A DNA stretch of 64,000 nucleotides from a virus. A model generated the notes under the pieces. The model was not told the DNA's origin, did no database searches, and worked only from the letters and a program-made list of their open reading frames with translations. A program made the position numbers and the translations under genes. Shown here piece after piece: positions 28,401 through 37,478 of the stretch. Each line of letters begins with the position of its first letter. The first letter of the stretch is position 1. The stretch is taken from IMG/VR virus record IMGVR_UViG_3300050343_000163; one strand, 5' to 3'.

Positions 28401-29200
28401 CCATCAATACCTTGAGCTACTGTACTTGCACCAGTAGCTAAGAAAGTAAAATCTGCATCAGCAAATACCTGACCAGTAGTTGCTCTCAGTCTAGTGATAG
28501 TATCAACATAACTAGACGTAATTGTAATTGTTTTTGTTGCTGCGTCCTGAGAAATAATAGAGGATCCTGCAGCTGCAATAGTAATATCACCACTCTGTGC
28601 TGTACCACCAGTAGCAGATTGTAGTGTAGTTACAGTATTGTCATCTTCCTGATGACCAGAAATTGTGATAGCCTCACCACTTCTATCAAGGAATAAACTA
28701 AGTGCTTTGTTACCAGCGGGAACAGATGAAGGAACTCCAACTGCAAGAATAACATCATCATCAACACCTGCACCAGCGTTACCACCAGATGTTAATCTAA
28801 GAATTTTTTGAGAAGCACCAGAACCATCTTGAGCAGAGATAGCGTAGGTAGTATTGTTGTCTGGAGTAGTTACTGTTCCGCCTAGAGCAATAGCGGTTCC
28901 GTTTACAGTAATCTGTGAGTTAATTAATGAGTTGTTTGGTATGTTGGTTAATGTGTTGAGCGTACCAACAATAGTACAACCTTCAAATGATTTATTTGTG
29001 AGAGTTTGTGTTTGTGTAAGGTATACGTTACCTGGCGTTCCCCAGAAAACTGACGTTCCATCACTCGTCAGATATTTACTGTTACCAGTGTCTCCACTGA
29101 TAACAAAATTGTTACCTGTAAGGTCTAAATTATCTCCAGAAATCAGTTCTTCAATCTTTTGTGAAACTGGATTTACAATTAACGGAAAGCGGTCAGCCAT
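25415..29200 (-). CDS. Long tail fibre protein (1261 aa)
   Basis: G/T/S-rich repeats, NTAMG/NIGIG/NVCIG repeats, GDLWYDTDDGRL, and the C-terminal RWANIYSADLQLSN...WTIQEG-type fibre end module. Confidence 0.8.
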   Translation of the reverse strand: MADRFPLIVNPVSQKIEELISGDNLDLTGNNFVISGDTGNSKYLTSDGTSVFWGTPGNVYLTQTQTLTNKSFEGCTIVGTLNTLTNIPNNSLINSQITVNGTAIALGGTVTTPDNNTTYAISAQDGSGASQKILRLTSGGNAGAGVDDDVILAVGVPSSVPAGNKALSLFLDRSGEAITISGHQEDDNTVTTLQSATGGTAQSGDITIAAAGSSIISQDAATKTITITSSYVDTITRLRATTGQVFADADFTFLATGASTVAQGIDGNGDPTITYDSTDTITRLKGGGAGSFVTGDTTITGGTNVTVSQAGNTISVASIDTDTITKLGANNGVVSSGDFQFSGAGATSVSSQTVAGVTTFTFTSANDDTGATLTASGGVILSGVDFRIKNYSNFSGNTVMKWDAGNLQLTDTLITDNGSTVTINGDLVVEGTQTILNTSTLQVEDNDIELRKGVNLTGANGGITLNRTSDSSGNITSYVSLQWNESSGYWRSWDGSVEKRFVTEGETQVLTNKTLTAPTLTAPILGAATATSINGLEIASTASATLDIATSKTLDVDRDLVLTSDNSTSSISVNFRQGGNVAFTSDTLASFASTTSTQLRGLITDTTGLDKLVFQTNPTILTGITTTSPGFNLLNSGVTNLTMAGAASIITIGAAGGTTTFNQSVTVNEDLTVGGASTDNLLCNAQFNSENADLLIRGTGTDPMRVGRGGSAVNTNTAMGVRTLNSVTSGSQNTGYGYETLFTTNSGASNTAFGHRVLRANGIGANNIGLGKDVLLVNTAGSKNIGIGNNVLEQNVDGNHNVCIGHYAGFDVFGDGNVLIGPAYNENSGDVTFRPPNISGDNQLVIGSGGQAWVRGDSNFDVTFNNDVTVDVDLTVKGNLNVLGQQTITQSNIVRIADKNIELAYVVSRQFVATAVTGTANITAINPTAGLIPGMEVTTSTNGFTVPPNTTIVSITANAAVLSNNITGSGQITLTAIGPSDAAAVDGGMIVKGTTDKSILWKGADAGVTYNTWVSSEHFDLASGKYFSLNAIKIADPNTSTIGPNAGAAAGQIDVAGGTAGYTLGSATTGAGATSFNFTGTGEVKLPVGATANRAGETGNTAALVGMLRYNTETNKFEGYSGASPNQSWSALGGSAAVSSGPPATQSEGDLWYDTDDGRLFIYYNDGSSSQWVDTNPYGLPTNLVIEGNITPATDATSDLGSATKRWANIYSADLQLSNEGAANEVDGTWGQYTIQEGEEDLFLINRRNGKTYKFNLTEVA

Positions 29201-29248
29201 TTAACTACCAACAAATACTAGTGCTCAGGTTTATTTATGTATTATCCT

Positions 29249-31438
29249 TTAAGGTCCAACCGCAGGTTGGAATAAAGTGTTCCTACGTGGGTATGCTAAT
29301 GAGTTTTGATTTAGTTTTCTTCTACCCTTAAAATCATCAGCTACTCCAGCGATACCACCACCTGACCAGTCACCTGTGCCCTGCCACCTAGTAAATTTAT
29401 ACTCAATAGTATTATTTAATGTGCCTGCTGCACATGAATCATCAGCAAATGATCCTGGTGGTGGAGTAGAGAAATCATCTACCTGAATAATACCAAGCAT
29501 ACTAGCATGAACACTACATTGATAGTAGTAAGTTCCTGCAGCTGCAGGAGTCCAAGCAACAGTTGTTGTTCCCGTAGCTCCATTGTTAGGAATAGTAGGA
29601 TTGTTTACATCCGCTCCGCCAGGAGACTGTCTCACTTTGAATGGGTGAATACTACCAACTCCACTCAAATTAAAGTTAATTGTATCACCTACGAAAATCC
29701 TAACAGTAATATCGTTACCACTAATAGTTCCGTCTCTAGTTTGACCGTTAAGAGTATAGTAAGCAGAACTTGGTGCTGTAACAGTCACATCATATGTAAG
29801 AGCAATAGATCCACCCCCAATACCTGTGTCAAAAGTCATTAAGTTTTCTTGATGACCTCTTTCAATAACACCAAAAGCATCTTCTTGAGTAAATCTATTC
29901 TTTCCAGTAGCAGCACATGCGATGATACCAGCAACTTGTGGACTCGCCATGCTAGTACCACTAATAGGATACATCCAGTCGCCAGTTCCTTGACTATATT
30001 TTACATCAACTAATCCAATACCTGCATAGTCACCAGTAATTGTAGCAGGGTTTGGCCAGGAAGAAAGAATATTTTGTCCAGCAGCGAAGATATCTACACC
30101 AGTTCCATAGTTAGAAAAACTAGCTCTCCTCTGATTTGCATACTTACTTACTGCACCAACAGAAATAGCGTTGGGAGATGATGATGGAGATGAACCTCTA
30201 TTGTAATATAATTGACTACCACCATTCACTCCACTAATTCTGACATAGTTATTCCAATCTGCTTCACCATCACGAACAACATTAAAATTATCATTACCTG
30301 CAGCTGAAATAATGACAACTCCATCTTTAATAGCATCCTCAACGTCTGCATTGATTGAGGTGTAGTGTACAGGAAATTTTGTTTTATATTGTCCAATACC
30401 AAAATCAACTTCAATACCGTATATGTTCCAACCAGATGGTCCTGGATTAGATGAGTTATAAATCACACCTTGGTATTGGATTTCAATGATGTCAGCAATA
30501 CTAAAACCGTTTGGGAATGTTTCACTATTAGCAGAGATTCCATATCCCCAACTATGATTAGTGATAGTAGGTCTTCTAATTCCTAGGTTATCATCAATTG
30601 CTTTACCAGTATGAAATGCTCTGAGGTAATCAAAAATTAACAGTCCTGGTATAGATTGACCCGAAGGCATTGTTCCAAGAACTTGTAGACCATATATGTT
30701 TGCTGCTGACGCCCACCCATAGTTACCACCAGCTACTGTTCCAGCAACGTGTGTACCGTGTTCAACAGTATTTGTTCCATTAGTGTAATAAGTTACAGAT
30801 CCAGTAGGTAATGTCTGTCCGTCATCATCAATAGATCCTACTGCAGCATTAAGATTATTAAACCATTGATATTCTACAAATCTATTTGTAGTTCCTGCTC
30901 CTTGTAGTGGTTGTCTATTAACTCTATTCAACCACTCACCACAATCACTAGACACGGGATCATCACAGATAACTACATCAACTTCAGAACCATCATTGTG
31001 CCAGATAACATCATCTCCAATTTTTTCTGTCGCACCTGCTCCAAAATTATTCTTATCTCTATTAGGAAATCCAATACTGTATACACCAGCATGATGATAT
31101 AGTCCCCAGTTGGTATCTACAGATGGATCAATTGTAACAGGTGCAATAGTATCATCTTTCCAATATTGACCTGTTAATTGAATAGTAGAATGATTTAAAC
31201 TAGTGGGATATGAATGGCGAACCATCTCGTATCCAGCATCCTCAGGATTTAATTCTACATCCCACACTCTAGGATCTTGTTTTAATTCTTCTGCTTGTTC
31301 GGAAGTCATCCAATAATGAGTGCATCTACTCATTGGACGCTTCATGTTTAGACGAAAACCATTCTCTACCATCTCTGAATAGAAAGCTTCTAAGTCTTCT
31401 CTCTTATGAAGAGTGACGATGTAGATTTTTTCCGACAT
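29249..31438 (-). CDS. Subtilisin-like (S8) serine protease with prodomain and cupredoxin-like domain
   Basis: VVICDD, HGTHVAGT, AAGND, GTSMASP; HPF...YYYQCSVHASM. Confidence 0.85.
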   Translation of the reverse strand: MSEKIYIVTLHKREDLEAFYSEMVENGFRLNMKRPMSRCTHYWMTSEQAEELKQDPRVWDVELNPEDAGYEMVRHSYPTSLNHSTIQLTGQYWKDDTIAPVTIDPSVDTNWGLYHHAGVYSIGFPNRDKNNFGAGATEKIGDDVIWHNDGSEVDVVICDDPVSSDCGEWLNRVNRQPLQGAGTTNRFVEYQWFNNLNAAVGSIDDDGQTLPTGSVTYYTNGTNTVEHGTHVAGTVAGGNYGWASAANIYGLQVLGTMPSGQSIPGLLIFDYLRAFHTGKAIDDNLGIRRPTITNHSWGYGISANSETFPNGFSIADIIEIQYQGVIYNSSNPGPSGWNIYGIEVDFGIGQYKTKFPVHYTSINADVEDAIKDGVVIISAAGNDNFNVVRDGEADWNNYVRISGVNGGSQLYYNRGSSPSSSPNAISVGAVSKYANQRRASFSNYGTGVDIFAAGQNILSSWPNPATITGDYAGIGLVDVKYSQGTGDWMYPISGTSMASPQVAGIIACAATGKNRFTQEDAFGVIERGHQENLMTFDTGIGGGSIALTYDVTVTAPSSAYYTLNGQTRDGTISGNDITVRIFVGDTINFNLSGVGSIHPFKVRQSPGGADVNNPTIPNNGATGTTTVAWTPAAAGTYYYQCSVHASMLGIIQVDDFSTPPPGSFADDSCAAGTLNNTIEYKFTRWQGTGDWSGGGIAGVADDFKGRRKLNQNSLAYPRRNTLFQPAVGP

Positions 31439-31439
31439 A

Positions 31440-32492
31440 TCAAGCCTCGATTGTGATGTACGTAAGGGTTACCTGTATATTATTAGTAGAACCACTTCGG
31501 TTTACAATCTTTGCGTAAGTAGTATTCTGACCAGCACCACCAGAGTTAAAACAAACAACTCCTGGTGTAATCAATTGAGTAGTATTACCAGTTGTGATTA
31601 CCTCTGCAAGAACTCCTGATCCTGGTAAAGGATCATTAGTAATAGCTCTAGTAGAATCATTTGTTCTGCTAGTAGTATCACTATAAAGAGTTACCCATGC
31701 AGCATGTGATGTTGCGATAGAAAGTAATGCATAACCCGAAGGTGTTGTAATAGAAACATCAGAAGAACCTGCATTAGCAATCGATTGTGTTACAGATGCT
31801 GTAGTTCTTGATTGCAATCCACCAGCAGTCCATGTTACACCACCAGCTCCATCACTCGTCAAGACTTGTCCACTAGTACCATTAGTTGATGGATAGGTTA
31901 GACTACCAGCAGTAAGAACACCATTAATAGTTACACCAGTAGAAGTAGTTGCAAGTCTTTCAACTTCTGTAGTGAGACCAGTAGCATAATATAATTTAAT
32001 TCCACCTGTGGTTCCAGCACTAGTGTTTGTTTTCAACAAAGAAGATCCTTGATAACTTTGGATCTCTACATCACCAGCAGCACGTAAAAGGATTGCACCT
32101 CCAGTAAATGTATTCTGGAATGTTATGTCATTTGTTCCACTAGGAAGGATGGTTTGAGATGTACCACCAATATCAAGTCGTCCAACCTGAACTGTATTTG
32201 TTGTAGTAGCACCTCTACCAGTTACAGTATCAAGAGTGTCTGCTTCTGCTGTTAGGTAACCAGAAAGATTAGGAGGAGTGTAAGTAAATACACCATTACT
32301 ATTGTTATATGAAAGAGATGTGCTACCTGCAGATGCATTGGTAACACTAAACAAAGTTCTGTCAGTTGCACTAGCACCAGCTCCTGCTGCTTCCCACGAC
32401 GATCCATTCCATACGTAAATAATACCCGCTACGTTATAGGTGTATGAACCGTCAGTTGCCTGCCCTGCTGTTGAGGGAAAATTGATTGCCAT
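31440..32492 (-). CDS. Tail-fibre-like protein
   Basis: MAINFP...YVWNGSSW module; EADTLDTVTGRG; YPSTNGTSGQVLTSDGAG. Confidence 0.75.
   Translation of the reverse strand: MAINFPSTAGQATDGSYTYNVAGIIYVWNGSSWEAAGAGASATDRTLFSVTNASAGSTSLSYNNSNGVFTYTPPNLSGYLTAEADTLDTVTGRGATTTNTVQVGRLDIGGTSQTILPSGTNDITFQNTFTGGAILLRAAGDVEIQSYQGSSLLKTNTSAGTTGGIKLYYATGLTTEVERLATTSTGVTINGVLTAGSLTYPSTNGTSGQVLTSDGAGGVTWTAGGLQSRTTASVTQSIANAGSSDVSITTPSGYALLSIATSHAAWVTLYSDTTSRTNDSTRAITNDPLPGSGVLAEVITTGNTTQLITPGVVCFNSGGAGQNTTYAKIVNRSGSTNNIQVTLTYITIEA
32203..32254. repeat. 52-nt near-identical repeat shared by two fibre genes, copy 1
   Basis: 51/52 identity with 34191-34242; encodes part of TAEADTLDTVxGRGATT. Confidence 0.85.
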
Positions 32493-32524
32493 TTCTTATG
32501 ATGCTCCTTCCGTATTATTTAGAA

Positions 32525-34681
32525 TTACCATGTTGTAAGTGCTGCTCTCTTCCAAGTATTATTAGAGATGCAGATGTAAACATAACCAGAATCATATCTA
32601 ATGTCACCAGGAGTTCCAGTATCTGTAGCAGAAGATGGAGCAGATGAAGATGCAATTCTATCTTGAGTTAGTGGTGGATTAGTGTCAACCCATTGCGTCG
32701 TATCAGTATCCTGATAATAAATCTTGAGGCGACCAGTATCACTCTCCCACCATAAATCACCAGCGGTTGCAGCAGGTGGTGTGTCAGAGATAGTAACACT
32801 AGCTCCACTTCCTCCACCACCAGTAGTGACAGATCCATCTGCCATCAAATACTCAGATGATGTACCACCACTCTTGACAAAAGAACCTGAAGTGAGAGCA
32901 CCAGTGACTGTTACGCCAGTGGAACTAGTCTCTAATTTTTTCAAGGATTGATAATATAATCCCGCAGTTCCAGTTGAACTACCTACGAAAGTAATATGCG
33001 AACCACCCGTACCACCAGAATACAATCCAAGTGTAGTGCGAGCAGCAATGTTTAGACCACCACCACCAGTGCCACCGTTGTTGTCAATATTTCTAATATA
33101 TGCTTCATTACCTGAAGCAAAAATTTTGAGGTAATTGTCATTCCCAGCAGAAATATTTAAATCTCCACCGTTGGAAACATCACCTATCGTGATCGCATTA
33201 TTAGTTTGAGCACCTCTACCTGTTACAGTAGCAAGTGTATCAGTTTCAGAACTGATGTAGTTAGGTGTCCAGTTTACCCAGTTAGTACCATTGTATTGTA
33301 GTAGTTGACCATTAGATGCACCAGTGATGTTGACATCAGTGTGATTAGAAACTGCACCATATCCAACTAGGTAACCTTGCGATCCATGATTACCCCATGC
33401 ATATGCAGAGTTCCAATTAGTAATTTGTGCAGAAGTTACTGCTGCTGCATCAGAAGCAAGGAATACAGGGTCAGTTTCTGTTGTTAGATAGCTAGAGAGA
33501 TCAGGTGGTGTGAAAGTAAATGCACCACTACCAGAGTTATAAGAAAGAGATCCACCACCAGATGCAGTTGCAGTTGAAGCAGAAAGATCTGTTAGTGCAA
33601 GACCACCTCCACCACCACCAGTGAGATCATTAGCTGCTTTCCATGAACCAGAAGATTGTTCCCACTTAAGAACTTGACCATCAGTAGGTGCAACAGTAAG
33701 GTCTACATCACCAAGATCTGCCATGGAAGAATTGACATCTAGCAATTCAGTCCAAGCACCAGCATGTGCAAAGTATCCTTTACCTGTACCATGTACATGT
33801 GCAAACATACCATGATAAGTAGATGCACCAGGAAGATCTCCTAGGGTATCATAGTTGTTAGCATATAATATTTTGCCAGTAGTAGTTAAATTACCACTAC
33901 CCATTTCAATAGAACCATTAATGGTTACACCACCAGCGGTAGTTTGAAGTCTTACAACTGCATTGTCTCCTGCATTTGTAGTGTGAGAAAGATTTACACC
34001 ACCACCTTCAGTTATTCCACCAATAATGTTGACATCAGTAACGCTCTTAATATCAAAATCACTGAACGTATTGAGATGTTGTAATGTAGATTTGTGTGTA
34101 GCATTAGTGTGGAAGAGTTGAACATCATTAGAAGATCCAGAAGAAAGAGTTCCACCTCTTACACCACCATTAGCAATAATTTTAGTAGAAGTAGTAGCAC
34201 CTCTACCAATTACAGTATCAAGAGTGTCTGCTTCTGCTGTTATATATCCAGCATTAGCATGATTACCCCACCCATATGCTGTGTCCCAGTTAGGAGAAAT
34301 AGATGCTGGAGTAAATGTAAACTCACCATTCGCACCATTATATGAAAGACTACCACCACCAGAAGCAGCTGCTGTGGTTACACTAGGCAGTGGAGGAACA
34401 GAGGGTTTGTTAAGAATAACTGCAACACCACCACTAGCATTCCAATCTGAGTTTACCTGTGCTGCAGGAATACTAGGTCTGTTAGTTAGACTATTATAAC
34501 TTCCATCAAAAGGTGTTACCCAAGCGATAGAAGATCCAGTTGTGCTGAGGATTTGTCCCGAACTTCCTGCACTACCTGCTGCTTGAATGGGTTTACCAGC
34601 AGGAATATTAAGACCTTCCTTAAGATCTATAGGCGCATTATCACCATAATTGGCGATTTCATTTGCAAGAATTTTTGACAT
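32525..34681 (-). CDS. Tail fibre protein
   Basis: Repeated W(N/D)TAYGWGNH and ETDTL modules; GDLWWESDTGRL; C-terminal GDIRYDSGYVYICISNNTWKR. Confidence 0.8.
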   Translation of the reverse strand: MSKILANEIANYGDNAPIDLKEGLNIPAGKPIQAAGSAGSSGQILSTTGSSIAWVTPFDGSYNSLTNRPSIPAAQVNSDWNASGGVAVILNKPSVPPLPSVTTAAASGGGSLSYNGANGEFTFTPASISPNWDTAYGWGNHANAGYITAEADTLDTVIGRGATTSTKIIANGGVRGGTLSSGSSNDVQLFHTNATHKSTLQHLNTFSDFDIKSVTDVNIIGGITEGGGVNLSHTTNAGDNAVVRLQTTAGGVTINGSIEMGSGNLTTTGKILYANNYDTLGDLPGASTYHGMFAHVHGTGKGYFAHAGAWTELLDVNSSMADLGDVDLTVAPTDGQVLKWEQSSGSWKAANDLTGGGGGGLALTDLSASTATASGGGSLSYNSGSGAFTFTPPDLSSYLTTETDPVFLASDAAAVTSAQITNWNSAYAWGNHGSQGYLVGYGAVSNHTDVNITGASNGQLLQYNGTNWVNWTPNYISSETDTLATVTGRGAQTNNAITIGDVSNGGDLNISAGNDNYLKIFASGNEAYIRNIDNNGGTGGGGLNIAARTTLGLYSGGTGGSHITFVGSSTGTAGLYYQSLKKLETSSTGVTVTGALTSGSFVKSGGTSSEYLMADGSVTTGGGGSGASVTISDTPPAATAGDLWWESDTGRLKIYYQDTDTTQWVDTNPPLTQDRIASSSAPSSATDTGTPGDIRYDSGYVYICISNNTWKRAALTTW
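34191..34242. repeat. 52-nt near-identical repeat, copy 2
   Basis: See 32203-32254. Confidence 0.85.
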
Positions 34682-34721
34682 ACTTCCAGTCCTGAAGACA
34701 GTTACACTAAGCTAGAAGTAT

Positions 34722-35297
34722 TTATCTAAATGGAGGACCGCCGTACCACCCAACTAATGATTTTCTACTGCCAGAGTTAATCCGTCTAACTCTATGCATA
34801 CAATCTGAGGGAAATATAATAGCATCGCCACAATCCATTTTAAAACTAAACATTTTTCTACCAACATACAGTTCAAACTCTCCACCTTCATACTCTTCTT
34901 TAGGAGAGAGACACATGCTGATACTTAATTTTCTTATATGATTAATTGGTTGCTCATAGAGTGCTGGAGAAATGTCAGTGTGCCAATGATAATGTGATTC
35001 TTTTGTATCATACACACATAGGTGAATAAAATCCGCCCAGTTATGAAGATCGAAATGAAACAAATTTGTATTGGCACAATTGACAAAATGCGAGAGCATT
35101 CCTGATACCCAATGATCTGAAGGGATGCCTTGGGTCAGGCAGTTCCTAATAGTCTTATTACTTTCTCCTGAATCTTTACCAGATTCAGTAACTCTAGCTT
35201 CCTCTAGTTTTAGTTTAGATAATTGATTAACAATAACTTCACTAACAGAACTATCGACTGCTGTAGGTAAGTAATAATAATTAAGAACTTTGCTCAT
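34722..35297 (-). CDS. 2OG-Fe(II) oxygenase (PKHD/prolyl-hydroxylase type)
   Basis: YHWHTD, RKLSIS, YEGGEFEL, FPSDCMHRV, RKSLVGW. Confidence 0.9.
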   Translation of the reverse strand: MSKVLNYYYLPTAVDSSVSEVIVNQLSKLKLEEARVTESGKDSGESNKTIRNCLTQGIPSDHWVSGMLSHFVNCANTNLFHFDLHNWADFIHLCVYDTKESHYHWHTDISPALYEQPINHIRKLSISMCLSPKEEYEGGEFELYVGRKMFSFKMDCGDAIIFPSDCMHRVRRINSGSRKSLVGWYGGPPFR

Positions 35298-35302
35298 AGG
35301 TC

Positions 35303-35382
35303 TACCATGCACGCCACCTGTTTTAGTTTAGATGCAAAACAGGAAATCATCCACACGGAAGGGGTCTTTGGATCCACCAGAA
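35303..35382 (-). ncRNA. wcaG-like RNA motif
   Basis: Two UGGYG elements (TGGTG, TGGCG) around CCCCTTCCGTGTG and a CCTGTTTT/AAAACAGG hairpin, in the 5' UTR of the oxygenase. Confidence 0.6.
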
Positions 35383-35388
35383 TAAGTT

Positions 35389-35757
35389 TTAAGTCGTTTC
35401 GGGACTATCAATATCACCAAAAGTAACAACATCACCACTATAATTTCCAATCTTAATCGGGAAATCAAGAACATTATCAATACGATCCAGATCTTTTCCT
35501 GGTTTTACATTAGTAATGTATGGTGATGTAAGATCAAACATGGATGACGAATAGTTAGGATCGTTTAAACGATCATAATAACTATCACTGTCATCAGTAA
35601 AGCGAATAGTATTACTCACTTTCTTTTGCAAACCACGAACCGAATTGAGTTGTTCAAACAGTTCTGTAAGGTATGCATCTTCACCCTCTGCGAGAGCGTT
35701 GATCAATGCCTGACGAATAGCTTCTTCTGCTTTTTCTAATTGTGATGTAACGCTCAT
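35389..35757 (-). CDS. Hypothetical protein
   Basis: 122 aa ORF; helical N-terminus. Confidence 0.65.
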   Translation of the reverse strand: MSVTSQLEKAEEAIRQALINALAEGEDAYLTELFEQLNSVRGLQKKVSNTIRFTDDSDSYYDRLNDPNYSSSMFDLTSPYITNVKPGKDLDRIDNVLDFPIKIGNYSGDVVTFGDIDSPETT

Positions 35758-35766
35758 AGTAACCTC

Positions 35767-36009
35767 TTAAGTAGTAACACGATCTCTGACATAACAAGGT
35801 ACACCTTCTGGATCTAACCATTTGGTGTACTCAAAATCTTCCAAAACATAATCCAGTTGAATGGAGTTATCAAGCAAGTACATATCAAAGTACCGCTTTT
35901 TCCACTCATGATATTTTTGGATACGGTAGTCAGGTTTACCGTTGATCTCTAGCGTACCGCACTGGACATAGCGGTAGGGATATCGCTCAAGAATAACAGT
36001 TGGTTTCAT
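35767..36009 (-). CDS. Conserved cyanophage hypothetical protein
   Basis: Likely start MKPTVILERYPYRYVQCG; ends EDFEYTKWLDPEGVPCY. Confidence 0.7.
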   Translation of the reverse strand: MKPTVILERYPYRYVQCGTLEINGKPDYRIQKYHEWKKRYFDMYLLDNSIQLDYVLEDFEYTKWLDPEGVPCYVRDRVTT

Positions 36010-37046
36010 AGGACGAAAGTGACGAGTGCTGCGTATGCAATAAGTATAGCACACAATCGAGACAAGACAACGTAGTATTTCCGAATTGGTGTACCGAAAT
36101 ACTGCTGTCCAATCATGAGACACTTGTGTGCAGGTGAGATCAGGTAACCAGAATACTCAGTGCAGAGGAACCACACGAGATACTGAGGACCGAAGATCGA
36201 TACTAGCACAGAAGTCATGCCAGCATACTTGCCAGATGAACCCATGATGTAAGCAGCAACCATAGCTACTAGAGAAGCAGGAATAAGCATTCCAGGAGTT
36301 GCTGCATTGAGATAGTCCATGACAGGTCCTTTGACCAGTCCAACCACACCACCAAGAGCAAGGACAATAGTTGCAATAATAGCAAACTTACCATCCAACC
36401 ATCTACCCCACTTCCAATCCTTATATACAATCGAATAATAAATTGACATACCAAGGAACCAAGGGAAGAAGAATGGTGCTCCTGCTTTTCCTGTATTGAG
36501 TAGCAAGATAACAGTAGCAATCAGTGGTGCCCAACCAGTTAATGCACGACGCCAGTTAAAGTCTCGTACATATTCTAGGTTAGGAACAACAGACGAAGCT
36601 GGAACCTTAGTAAAGATATACCACCATGTGTATGTCAAGGTGATAATCAAAGGAACGATAGTATATCCTAGGAATGTTCCATAAGATACACCCATCACTG
36701 CCATTGGCAAGACAACCGTCTTCTCTAATGGCGACCACCAATAGTAATGGTGAACAGATAGATAATCAATCACACCAAAGTCAGAACGCCTCTGTTTATC
36801 AGGTGGTGCAATAGCATCTAGGAGTGGTGCTGATAGAGCAACACGTCCTGGAATAGGAAGTATACCACCTAACAGTGAGGTTATAATAACAAGGACACGA
36901 TTGTCCTTGATGTATTTCTTAGCTAACGAATAAACATCTTCTAGAGCACTATGTTCTCGGATGAATCCACCCAAGATCATGATGCCAAAGATGTACCCCA
37001 TGTAGAGTTCATTCGTAGCAATAGATTCTAATGTTTTAACTAGCAT
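36006..37046 (-). CDS. Multi-pass membrane transporter, DUF401/IT-superfamily-like
   Basis: About 9-10 hydrophobic segments; GGILPIPGRVALSAP and HHYYWWSPL motifs. Confidence 0.7.
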   Translation of the reverse strand: MLVKTLESIATNELYMGYIFGIMILGGFIREHSALEDVYSLAKKYIKDNRVLVIITSLLGGILPIPGRVALSAPLLDAIAPPDKQRRSDFGVIDYLSVHHYYWWSPLEKTVVLPMAVMGVSYGTFLGYTIVPLIITLTYTWWYIFTKVPASSVVPNLEYVRDFNWRRALTGWAPLIATVILLLNTGKAGAPFFFPWFLGMSIYYSIVYKDWKWGRWLDGKFAIIATIVLALGGVVGLVKGPVMDYLNAATPGMLIPASLVAMVAAYIMGSSGKYAGMTSVLVSIFGPQYLVWFLCTEYSGYLISPAHKCLMIGQQYFGTPIRKYYVVLSRLCAILIAYAALVTFVL

Positions 37047-37251
37047 CGTCGTGTGTTGTCATCATGTTTTCCCAATCTTTATCAGTAACCTGATCTGTTA
37101 GTTCTTTGTATTCATCAGCAGGGACTGCCATGACAGCAGTTCCATCTGGTTTACGAACTATAAAGGATTCACCTGCTTCAATGCGATCCATATATGCATC
37201 GAATTCTTTTTCAAATTCAGCAAACGGAACTTCAATTATATTTGACAACAA
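37036..37251 (-). CDS. Phd/YefM-like antitoxin-fold protein
   Basis: FAEFEKEFDAYMDRIEAGESFIVRKPDGTAVMAVPADEY. Confidence 0.65.
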   Translation of the reverse strand: MLSNIIEVPFAEFEKEFDAYMDRIEAGESFIVRKPDGTAVMAVPADEYKELTDQVTDKDWENMMTTHDDAS

Positions 37252-37478
37252 ATTTTCTCCTTTTGCATATGTTTAATAGATTCCTGACACCCACCTAGAT
37301 GAAGATCATCTAGAGTGACTTGTGGAAAGGTTGATCCCTCACCAAATTTAGCATAGAATTCTTCTTTTGTAAAGTCACGATTAAGTTCATATGATACGTG
37401 TTGGAGTTCTTCAATCTCCATCACTTTTTTCATCTTTACGCAATATGGACAACCAGATTTTGAATAGATTATAATCAT
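37236..37478 (-). CDS. nrdC: Glutaredoxin
   Basis: YSKSGCPYC, STFPQV, LGGC. Confidence 0.9.
   Translation of the reverse strand: MIIIYSKSGCPYCVKMKKVMEIEELQHVSYELNRDFTKEEFYAKFGEGSTFPQVTLDDLHLGGCQESIKHMQKEKICCQI

Noticed and set aside
25971-29204. Long plus-strand ORFs (187, 229, 100 and 116 aa) opposite the long tail fibre
   Set aside because: V/P/A-rich antisense shadows of a T/G/S-rich gene; no RBS, promoter or motifs.
32203-34242. Diversity-generating retroelement TR/VR pair
   Set aside because: Only one mismatch, both copies are internal coding modules rather than a C-terminal variable region, and no reverse transcriptase is present.
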